Positions 26,240-33,410 of a DNA stretch of 33,410 nucleotides are shown one piece after another (the stretch's first letter is position 1; each line of letters starts with the position of its first letter). The stretch comes from a virus (taxonomy: Duplodnaviria; Caudoviricetes). Made by a program: the position numbers and the translations under genes. The notes below the pieces were generated by a model. It had not been told where the DNA came from and ran no database searches. It saw only the letters and a list, made by a program, of their open reading frames with translations. Location of the stretch: positions 1 to 33,410 of the IMG/VR virus record IMGVR_UViG_3300028396_000031, one strand, 5' to 3'.

Positions 26240-26869
26240 ATGTCAAACATATACTTAAAAGAAAATCTTAACTACAGCATGGCTAACATGATTGTTGAGT
26301 CAAGCCAAGATGGTAAAGATTTATATATGAAAGGTATCTGCATCCAGGGTGGTGTAAAAAACGCTAACGAACGTGTGTATCCAGTAACTGAAATTGAAAG
26401 TGCAGTGGCAACACTGAACGAACAAGTAACAGGTGGATACAGTGTTCTAGGCGAAGTTGATCACCCAGATGATTTAAAAATCAACCTTGACCGTGTATCA
26501 CATATGATTGAAAATATGTGGATGGATGGTCCAAATGGATGCGGTAAACTAAAGATTCTACCTACACCAATGGGTCAGCTAGTTAAAACTATGCTTGAGT
26601 CGGGTGTGAAGTTAGGAGTTTCGAGTCGAGGTAGCGGTAACGTTAACGAAGGCTCAGGACAAGTCAGTGATTTTGAAATTATCACTGTCGACATTGTGTC
26701 ACAACCAAGTGCTCCAAATGCTTATCCTACAGCAATTTATGAAGGTCTCATTAATATGAGAGGCGGTCATAATGTTTTAGAGATGGCACGTGAAGCAAGT
26801 GGCGACGCTAAAGTACAACGATATTTGAAGAGTGAAGTATTAAGACTCATCAAAGATCTTAAGGCTTAA
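26240..26869 (+). CDS. gp21: Prohead core protease
   Basis: LYMKGICIQGGVKNANERVYP, LGEVDHP, INLDRVSH, LPTPMG, LGVSSRGSG, DIVSQPSAPNAY. Confidence 0.95.
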   Translation: MSNIYLKENLNYSMANMIVESSQDGKDLYMKGICIQGGVKNANERVYPVTEIESAVATLNEQVTGGYSVLGEVDHPDDLKINLDRVSHMIENMWMDGPNGCGKLKILPTPMGQLVKTMLESGVKLGVSSRGSGNVNEGSGQVSDFEIITVDIVSQPSAPNAYPTAIYEGLINMRGGHNVLEMAREASGDAKVQRYLKSEVLRLIKDLKA

Positions 26870-26883
26870 ATAGGAGATTTAGC

Positions 26884-27978
26884 ATGCTAGATGTACTAAA
26901 ACCATTATTAGATAGCGATCTCGTTAATGAAGAAACTCGTGCTGAAATAACTGAAGCATGGGATTCTAAATTAGAAGAGGCTCGTGAGAGTGTGCGTACT
27001 GAACTTCGTGAGGAGTTTGCACAAAAGTACGAACATGATAAAAAATCAATGGTTGAAGCAATCGATCGCATGGTAACCGAAAGTCTAGAAACTGAAATGG
27101 CTGAAATGAAAGATGAAAAAGCCAAATTAGCAGAAGATCGTGTTAACCAAGTTAACAAAATGAAAGAATCAGCAGAAAAATTTAATAACTTTATGGTTAC
27201 TAAGTTAGCTGAAGAAATCAAAGATCTTCGTTCAGACAGAAAAGTACAGACTGAAACAGTTGCAAAACTAGAACAGTTTGTGGTTAAAGCATTAGCAGAA
27301 GAAATTAAAGAATTTGCACAAGACAAACAGGACGTTGTAGAGACTAAAGTTAAACTTGTAGCAGAGGCTCGTGAGAAACTAGAACAACTTAAAACTAAGT
27401 TTGTTACAGAATCAAGTGAGAAAATGACTAATGCCGTTGCCAAGCATTTGAAAGCAGAACTTTCGCAGTTGCAAGAAGATATCAAAGTTGCTCGTGAGAA
27501 CACCTTTGGTAGAAAAATCTTTGAAGCATACGCTAGTGAATTTGGTGCAACTCATTTAAATGAGAACGCAGAGATTCGTAAACTAGCTGACGCAATTAAA
27601 GATAAAGATCAGCAAATTGCAGAAGCAACCGATAAACTCAATGAAACTACACAGTTGGTTGAGTCAAAAGAACAAGAGATTGTTGTAATTAAAGAGTCTA
27701 ATGAGCGTCAAGCAAAATTAGATGAACTACTTTCTAATCTTAATGATGAGAAAGCAGAAGTTATGACTAATTTATTAGAAGGCGTAAATGCTAAGAAATT
27801 AGAAAACGCTTTTAACAAATATCTCCCAGCGGTTCTTAACGAGAATGTAGTGAAGTCTAAAAAAACAACACTTACAGAATCTGTTAAGGAAGTAACTGGA
27901 GATAAAGACAAGCAAGTTGAAGCAACACAAGATGAGAATGGAAACATTATCAACTTACGTAAACTTGCTGGTATTTAA
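26884..27978 (+). CDS. gp22: Prohead scaffolding protein
   Basis: Coiled-coil, E/K-rich 364-aa protein between gp21 and gp23. Confidence 0.8.
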   Translation: MLDVLKPLLDSDLVNEETRAEITEAWDSKLEEARESVRTELREEFAQKYEHDKKSMVEAIDRMVTESLETEMAEMKDEKAKLAEDRVNQVNKMKESAEKFNNFMVTKLAEEIKDLRSDRKVQTETVAKLEQFVVKALAEEIKEFAQDKQDVVETKVKLVAEAREKLEQLKTKFVTESSEKMTNAVAKHLKAELSQLQEDIKVARENTFGRKIFEAYASEFGATHLNENAEIRKLADAIKDKDQQIAEATDKLNETTQLVESKEQEIVVIKESNERQAKLDELLSNLNDEKAEVMTNLLEGVNAKKLENAFNKYLPAVLNENVVKSKKTTLTESVKEVTGDKDKQVEATQDENGNIINLRKLAGI

Positions 27979-28001
27979 GTAAGACATTAGGAGAATTAAT
28001 C

Positions 28002-29177
28002 ATGTCACAAGAACTACTTGAAAGCCGTTGGGGTGAGACCAAAGACGCATTATTAGAAGGTCTACAAGGTAACAAAAGATCCTCAATGGGTGTTATTTTA
28101 GAAAACACAAAGAACTACTTAGCTGAAGCGGCTGGTACAGGCGCAACTGCGGCTGGTAACGTAGCTACTCTAAACAGAGTTATCCTTCCTGTAATTAGAA
28201 GGGTTATGCCTACAGTTATTGCTAACGAAATCGTTGGTGTACAACCAATGACAGGCCCAGTAGGTCAAATTCATACATTAAGAGTACGTTACGCTGAAAC
28301 ATTAAACGCAACAGGTACTGCAAATGATACAACAGCAGGTGATGAAGCACTATCACCATTCCAGATCTCAACAGCATATGCTGGTGACGGTACTGCTGGA
28401 GACGCTGATGCAACAGCAGGTAAAGAAGGTACAGGTGGTCGTAAGATTTCAGTACAAATTCTTAAACAAGCTGTTGAAGCAAAAACACGTAAATTACAAG
28501 CACGTTGGACATTTGAAGCGGCTCAAGACGCTCAATCACAACACGGTATCGACGTTGAAGCTGAAGTAATGGCGGCATTAGCACAAGAAATTACTGCTGA
28601 GATCGACCAAGAAGTTCTAGCTTCACTAAGAGCTTTAGCGGCAACAGAATTTACATACAACCAAGCAACTGTATCTGGTACAGCTACTTTCGTTGGTGAC
28701 GAGCATGCGGCACTTGCTGTTCTAATCAACAGAACAGCTAACTTAGTTGCACAACGTACACGTAGAGGCGCAGGTAACTGGGCTGTTGTATCGCCAGCGG
28801 CGTTAACAGTACTACAATCTGCTACAACTTCAGCGTTTGCACGTTCAACTGAAGGTACATTTGAAGCTCCAACAAACACTAAGTTTGTAGGTACTTTAAA
28901 CTCAGCTATGAAAGTTTATGTTGATTCATATGCGGCTGATACAACACCAGTACTAGTTGGTTATAAAGGTTCATCAGAAGCTGATGCGGCGGCATTTTAC
29001 TGCCCATATATCCCACTAATGTCTTCAGGCGTTGTGTTGGATCCAGGTTCATTCGAACCAGTAGTATCATTCATGACACGTTATGGTTATGTTGAGTTAA
29101 CAAACAGTGCTTCATCGTTTGGTAACGCGGCTGACTACGTGGGTGAAATTGCAGTTTCTAACTTATCATTCTCGTAA
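28002..29177 (+). CDS. gp23: Major capsid protein
   Basis: IRRVMPTVIANEIVGVQPMTGPVGQI, VEAKTRKLQARWTFEAAQD..SQHGIDVEAE, FYCPYIPL and FMTRYG. Strongly biased codon usage. SD AGGAG. Confidence 0.97.
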   Translation: MSQELLESRWGETKDALLEGLQGNKRSSMGVILENTKNYLAEAAGTGATAAGNVATLNRVILPVIRRVMPTVIANEIVGVQPMTGPVGQIHTLRVRYAETLNATGTANDTTAGDEALSPFQISTAYAGDGTAGDADATAGKEGTGGRKISVQILKQAVEAKTRKLQARWTFEAAQDAQSQHGIDVEAEVMAALAQEITAEIDQEVLASLRALAATEFTYNQATVSGTATFVGDEHAALAVLINRTANLVAQRTRRGAGNWAVVSPAALTVLQSATTSAFARSTEGTFEAPTNTKFVGTLNSAMKVYVDSYAADTTPVLVGYKGSSEADAAAFYCPYIPLMSSGVVLDPGSFEPVVSFMTRYGYVELTNSASSFGNAADYVGEIAVSNLSFS

Positions 29178-29220
29178 GAGCAGTAAGTTATTAACAGTAG
29201 TTACTACTACAGTTAGATTT

Positions 29221-29249
29221 AAAAAGCACTCTTCGGAGTGCTTTTTTTT
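29221..29249 (+). terminator. Intrinsic terminator after gp23 (UUCG tetraloop)
   Basis: AAAAAGCACTC-TTCG-GAGTGC-TTTTTTTT. Confidence 0.93.
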
Positions 29250-29279
29250 GACTTGCAGTTCTAGATAATAAGTAACTGT

Positions 29280-29996
29280 ATGCGACAATTAGATTTTAAA
29301 CTATTCTCATCACAGTTCGACACAGCGTGGAAACAAGAACTATTTTTTAGTAAGTATCCGCCTAATGAAACGTATGATTGGGTAGACACAGACACACCAG
29401 AAAATGCTAGTAATCAAGATGAGATAACTTATCAATTTAACGAACACGGATTTAGATCAGATAGTTTTAATCAACGCACAGACTTTACCATATTAACATC
29501 AGGATGTAGTCTAACAGTAGGTATAGGTGTTAAGTATGAGAACACATGGACCCAACAGCTTAAGACACATTTTAACCAACCTACAACAGTTTGGAACCTA
29601 GCACAGAGTAGTACGAGCCCAGACTATGTTGTGCGTTCAATATACAAGACTATAGACATATTAAAACCAAACTTGGTAGCAGTGTGTTGGCCAGCAGAGT
29701 CTAGAATTGAGTTACCCCAAGATAAACATTTACTAACAGACTATCAACTAGATACTGCAGAATATCCTAAACTATTAGAAAATCCAAATTGGGCATATCA
29801 CAATTTCCAAAAGAATATAATATTACTAAAACAAATTTGTCTAGTTAGAAATATTCCTCTAGTACATGGCCCTGGAGAATATACAGACTTCGGTATTGAT
29901 CCTGATACTACAGCAAGAGATGGAAGTCACCCTGGTAATCCATGGCATCGAGAGTTTGCTGAGCTTGTTTTTCGACACTATTCAGATAAATACTAG
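29280..29996 (+). CDS. Hypothetical SGNH-hydrolase-like protein
   Basis: YQFNEHGFRS, ILTSGCSLTVGIG (block I-like), NLAQSSTS, ARDGSHPG (DxxH). Preceded by late-like AATAAGTA at 29267-29274. Confidence 0.6.
   Translation: MRQLDFKLFSSQFDTAWKQELFFSKYPPNETYDWVDTDTPENASNQDEITYQFNEHGFRSDSFNQRTDFTILTSGCSLTVGIGVKYENTWTQQLKTHFNQPTTVWNLAQSSTSPDYVVRSIYKTIDILKPNLVAVCWPAESRIELPQDKHLLTDYQLDTAEYPKLLENPNWAYHNFQKNIILLKQICLVRNIPLVHGPGEYTDFGIDPDTTARDGSHPGNPWHREFAELVFRHYSDKY
29985..29992 (+). promoter_or_regulatory. Late promoter GATAAATA
   Basis: Same motif as elsewhere. Precedes a structured leader and the 30090 gene. Confidence 0.7.
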
Positions 29997-30089
29997 TGCT
30001 AATTACACGGGGTAGTTAGTTTATGCTGTTTAACCATACCAGCGTAGTGGCTAGAACCCACAATGGACTTCTATAAGGAGAAATATAAA

Positions 30090-30449
30090 ATGGGTAGACC
30101 AATAGACAAATACTTTTTAGGCGCAACAGGCGGAGCACCAGCAACAATTCCAGTAAGAGCGGACATTGGTGGTACAGACTTTGAAGGATATATTATATCA
30201 CAAAAAGGTCGCGATACATTCAAAGTATCAAACGATGGTGATACAGTACAAGGTGAATGCACTTTAGTTAACAAACTTACAGGACATGACGACGGTGAAA
30301 TGTCTATAGTAGGTATTGCTGACGGTGGTGATGCAGTTGCTATTCAAAAAATTACAGCTCATAGAGCAGTTGGATACAATGGCACAGTTTACACTTGGGC
30401 AGTTGCAGATGACTCATCTGAATCATTACTAAGACTTACAGCTATATAA
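30090..30449 (+). CDS. Putative virion structural (head decoration-like) protein
   Basis: MGRPIDKYFLG... ATG 30090 has SD AAGGAG (30075-30080). The track start is 30063. Function is inferred from its late promoter and position after gp23. Confidence 0.6.
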   Translation: MGRPIDKYFLGATGGAPATIPVRADIGGTDFEGYIISQKGRDTFKVSNDGDTVQGECTLVNKLTGHDDGEMSIVGIADGGDAVAIQKITAHRAVGYNGTVYTWAVADDSSESLLRLTAI

Positions 30450-30468
30450 TTTTTAAAATTATACGGTC

Positions 30469-30506
30469 AAAAATCCCTTGTGTTAAATACAGTACAAGGG
30501 ATTTTT
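30469..30506 (+). promoter_or_regulatory. 13-bp hairpin (terminator-like) with a late-promoter-like GTTAAATA in its loop
   Basis: AAAAATCCCTTGT (30469-30481) pairs with ACAAGGGATTTTT (30494-30506). Loop GTTAAATACAGT. Confidence 0.65.
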
Positions 30507-30507
30507 T

Positions 30508-31077
30508 ATGACTATAGGTATTGCATTAGGTAACGGCAAAAGTAGAAAAGGAATAGATGTACAGCATCTTAGATCCTATGGGCTAGTTGCCGGCTGTAAT
30601 AGAATATATCAAGAAGAAGAAGTTGACATACTAGTATCAACAGATAGACAAATGGCCGCTGAAATAGAAGACAGTGGTTATGCAAAAAGACACGAATTTT
30701 GGACTAGACGCCCAAGACCAGACACAGGGTCAAGAAAGTTAGAAAGACCAACATATGGTTATTCATCAGGCCCTGCGGCTATTGCTCAGTTATGTGAAAA
30801 AGGTTGTAAAGAAATATACTTTATTGGATTCGATCTAGGATCAACTGACCAGTATGTTAATAATATATATGCAGGCACAACATGGTATAAAACTCCGGAT
30901 ATGAAACCTACTTACTACGGTAATTGGGTTAATCAATTAAAACAAGTATCTGAAAGATGGAGTAATAATATATTTTATAGAGTACTTGGAGAATATAGTA
31001 CTGCATATGATTTTGAAAGACCAAACATTTTAGACATTAATATAACTAACTTTAAAAGAAAGATAAATAGTTTATAA
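30508..31077 (+). CDS. Putative glycosyltransferase-like protein (CstII/GT42/Maf-like Rossmann fold)
   Basis: Motif order ALGNGKSR...GCN...SSG...KEIYFIGFD parallels GNGPS...CN...TSG...EIYLSGID of CstII-type sialyltransferases and DUF115/Maf proteins. Confidence 0.5.
   Translation: MTIGIALGNGKSRKGIDVQHLRSYGLVAGCNRIYQEEEVDILVSTDRQMAAEIEDSGYAKRHEFWTRRPRPDTGSRKLERPTYGYSSGPAAIAQLCEKGCKEIYFIGFDLGSTDQYVNNIYAGTTWYKTPDMKPTYYGNWVNQLKQVSERWSNNIFYRVLGEYSTAYDFERPNILDINITNFKRKINSL
31062..31069 (+). promoter_or_regulatory. Late promoter GATAAATA
   Basis: Recurrent motif upstream of the 31097 gene. Confidence 0.65.
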
Positions 31078-31096
31078 CTAGGAACTAGATAAAACT

Positions 31097-31699
31097 ATGA
31101 GTACAACTAAAAAAATTAACGGTGATTATAAAGTTATAGCAGACAATGTTACTATAACTGGAAACCTCACAGTATCAGGAACACAAACAACTGTTAACTC
31201 TGTAGACACTGCAATCAATGATAGAGTTATCGTACTTAATGACGGTGAGTCAAGTGCAGGAGTCTCAGGCGGAACTTCTGGGATTGAAGTTGATAGAGGC
31301 ACATCAACAAATGCTCGATTTGTATATGACGAAGTAACAGATGCTTGGCAACTAGATGACGGGTCTGGATCTTTAGTTCCAGTGGTACAATCGGTTACAG
31401 GACTTACTGAAGTTGTAGATGATACTAGTCCACAGCTAGGCGGAGACTTAGATGTTAATGGAAACAATATTGGCCAAGCAAGTGCAGACGTAACAATACT
31501 AGCAGAAGAAGTCAATTTAGATGCAGACGCAGTTAGAATTTTAAACAATCCAGGTACTCCTAGTTCTGAAGCAGGATATAACAAATTATATGCCGCAACA
31601 CCAGCAAGTGGCGGAACAGGATTATTTGTTACTAATAGCACTGCAACCGAAGAATTAGTAAGCAAATCAAAAGCCATAGTATTTGGCATAATATTTTAG
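31097..31699 (+). CDS. Virion structural/fibre-like protein
   Basis: GNLTVSGTQTTVNS...GIEVDRG and DTSPQLGGDLDVNG motifs, typical of phage fibre and structural proteins. Confidence 0.7.
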   Translation: MSTTKKINGDYKVIADNVTITGNLTVSGTQTTVNSVDTAINDRVIVLNDGESSAGVSGGTSGIEVDRGTSTNARFVYDEVTDAWQLDDGSGSLVPVVQSVTGLTEVVDDTSPQLGGDLDVNGNNIGQASADVTILAEEVNLDADAVRILNNPGTPSSEAGYNKLYAATPASGGTGLFVTNSTATEELVSKSKAIVFGIIF

Positions 31700-31709
31700 G
31701 AAATAATAA

Positions 31710-32024
31710 ATGGCACTTACAACCAATTTAATAGCAGATTCAGCAACCACAGTATACACATCAAGTGGAACAACAGCGTTGACTTATCTGTCTATTACAA
31801 ACTATACAGCATCTGCAGTGGATGTAGATTTACATATTGTACCTAGTGGTGATTCAGCAGGAGATGCAAATCTTGTTGCAAAAGAATTAACAATTGATGC
31901 AAAAGATACATTTTACTTTTATGGTGGCGGAGAAAAGTTGTTATTAGATGCTTCGGACTTTATTAGTGCGACAGCAAATACAGCTACGTCATTAAACTGT
32001 GTAGTTTCATATACAACAATTTAA
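31710..32024 (+). CDS. Small beta-rich virion protein
   Basis: 104 aa, Thr/Ser/Ala-rich, SD AGGA, within the late structural operon. Confidence 0.7.
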   Translation: MALTTNLIADSATTVYTSSGTTALTYLSITNYTASAVDVDLHIVPSGDSAGDANLVAKELTIDAKDTFYFYGGGEKLLLDASDFISATANTATSLNCVVSYTTI

Positions 32025-32030
32025 TACATA

Positions 32031-32447
32031 ATGGGAAGATTTTTAAAAATTACAAAACCCTTAGGAGGCACATTAGCCCAGGCTGTAGAAATACCATCTG
32101 GTGCAAGTGCGTCAAGACCAGTAACACCTAAGTCAGGTTCAATTCGATTTAATACAGAACTAGCCCAGATTGAATTGTTTAACGGAACTGAGTTTGTAAC
32201 ACAAGCAAAAGTAGGTGAAGTAGATCTAACCATTGACAAATTTACAGGTGACGGAACAACAACAACTTTTACAATGGCTCAAGAGCCAAGCCATGCAAGA
32301 CAGATTATGGTATTCATTGGATCTGTTTTTCAAGACTACACAACAGCATACACAATACTAGAAGATGACATTACATTTACATCAGCACCTCCTACAGGTG
32401 AAACAATTAATGTTATACACGGTCTTGGTAGTACAGACACTGCTTAA
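32031..32447 (+). CDS. Virion structural protein
   Basis: IPSG....RP.....GSIRFNT...IE.FNG and FTGDGTTTTFT...VFIGSVFQ...ITFTSAP modules, seen in phage fibre and baseplate proteins. Confidence 0.7.
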   Translation: MGRFLKITKPLGGTLAQAVEIPSGASASRPVTPKSGSIRFNTELAQIELFNGTEFVTQAKVGEVDLTIDKFTGDGTTTTFTMAQEPSHARQIMVFIGSVFQDYTTAYTILEDDITFTSAPPTGETINVIHGLGSTDTA

Positions 32448-32455
32448 TCAATTCA

Positions 32456-32463
32456 GATAAATA
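32456..32463 (+). promoter_or_regulatory. Late promoter GATAAATA
   Basis: Recurrent motif, followed by a ~90-nt structured leader. Confidence 0.7.
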
Positions 32464-32554
32464 AACACATAAACAACATTTCGTTGTGGACAAACCGAGG
32501 TAAACCTGCGATTGTACAAGGTTATCCGTGAAACACGGAGGATAAGGAGACAGT

Positions 32555-33410
32555 ATGGCTATAGGCCGCATATCTGGACGCATGCTCAAGGACGATCTTG
32601 CTCGTGACACCAGTCTAACATTTGACACAGATACACTAGCTATCGACTACACCAATGATCGAGTTGGAGTAGGCACGGCTACACCTAGTACTCCGTTAGA
32701 AGTAGTTGGCGATTCAAAGCTGGCTAACATTTCAATATCAGACAACACAATTTCATCAACAGTAACAAATGCAAATATTGTATTATCGCCTGACGGTACA
32801 GGTAATATTAGTGTTGATACAAATTTTATTAATAACTGTGTTGACCCAATTCAAGATCAAGATGTAGCTACAAAGATATATGTTGACAATGCTGTAGGCG
32901 GAGCGGCTCAGATTGGTAACGCAATAAACTTAGGTACAGCCGCAGATGGCTCACTAACAACAGACGGTGCATATATTAATTGGACAACATCAACCAAAGT
33001 TACTGATGCTATAGATGATTTAAATGAAGTAGTTGAAAATGTAAGAAATGATACATTTGTCAAAGACGTAGATTTTACAGCTGATACAACCAGTGGCGGT
33101 GCCGGGACAACAGTAACACTAACTATCACAGCAACAGGAAACGCCAACAGATATACCATTGTTTGGGGCGATGGAGACACTACTACAGCTACTACAGATT
33201 CAACACCAACACATACATACGCAACAAACACAGGATCACCTTTTGATGTTACAGTAACAGCATTTAACAATTCAGGTTCGGGTACAGGCTCAACAGCAAG
33301 TAAAACTAGAGAAGATTATATCACAATTTACACAGCAGACCCTGTAGTAAGTTTTGCTATATATTCTGCTTCAAGTGGCGGATCACCAATAAACTACTGG
33401 GACGATGGTG
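32555..33410 (+). CDS. Tail-fibre-like protein with a PKD/Ig-like domain, truncated at the right edge
   Basis: Not in the ORF track because it has no stop. ATG 32555 with SD AAGGAG gives MAIGRISGRMLKDDLARD...RVGVGTATP...DVATKIYVD...YTIVWGDG...PTHTY. The frame is open to the window end. Confidence 0.85.
   Translation, partial: MAIGRISGRMLKDDLARDTSLTFDTDTLAIDYTNDRVGVGTATPSTPLEVVGDSKLANISISDNTISSTVTNANIVLSPDGTGNISVDTNFINNCVDPIQDQDVATKIYVDNAVGGAAQIGNAINLGTAADGSLTTDGAYINWTTSTKVTDAIDDLNEVVENVRNDTFVKDVDFTADTTSGGAGTTVTLTITATGNANRYTIVWGDGDTTTATTDSTPTHTYATNTGSPFDVTVTAFNNSGSGTGSTASKTREDYITIYTADPVVSFAIYSASSGGSPINYWDDG

Noticed and set aside
30022-30060. SAM-II riboswitch resemblance (GCTG-TTTAACC...CAGC...GCTAGA)
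   Set aside because: The UUGC strand that pairs with GCUAA in SAM-II is missing, the linker is too short, and the downstream gene is unrelated to SAM.
32488-32540. c-di-GMP-I riboswitch resemblance (GGACAAACC)
   Set aside because: The GNRA-capped P2, GCAAA junction and P3 receptor layout are absent.
21281-33270. Minus-strand ORFs opposite the tape-measure, head and fibre genes
   Set aside because: They are antisense shadows produced by the codon bias of the real plus-strand genes.
1-33410. Stop-codon recoding, tRNAs, inteins or introns in core genes
   Set aside because: Core genes are continuous and of plausible length in the standard code. I saw no cloverleaf or intein motifs.

Overview
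AT-rich, densely coding segment of a large T4-superfamily (myovirus-type, possibly jumbo, probably aquatic) bacteriophage genome, read with the standard genetic code. Left part (1-14 kb, minus strand): baseplate module with a very large, left-truncated wedge/structural protein, gp6, gp25, gp5-like spike, hub, gp53-like and gp48/54-like genes. Centre (14-19 kb, plus strand): gp55 late sigma factor, gp47, an inserted SGNH-like gene, gp46 and a stand-alone GIY-YIG nuclease. The nuclease is followed at once by a ~370-nt non-coding stretch that folds into a closed, multi-helix, pseudoknotted RNA; this pair is the most striking unexplained element. Next come a small membrane-protein gene with a structured leader and a gp26/gp51-like chaperone pair joined by an in-phase T-TTT-TTC -1 slippery site. 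Right part (21-33 kb, plus strand): tape-measure-like gene, portal gp20, prohead core genes, gp21, gp22, gp23, then SGNH-like, glycosyltransferase-like and fibre/decoration genes. T4-type late promoters (NATAAATA), sigma70-type promoters and intrinsic terminators are visible. Product calls rest on recognised motifs and synteny, not on database searches.
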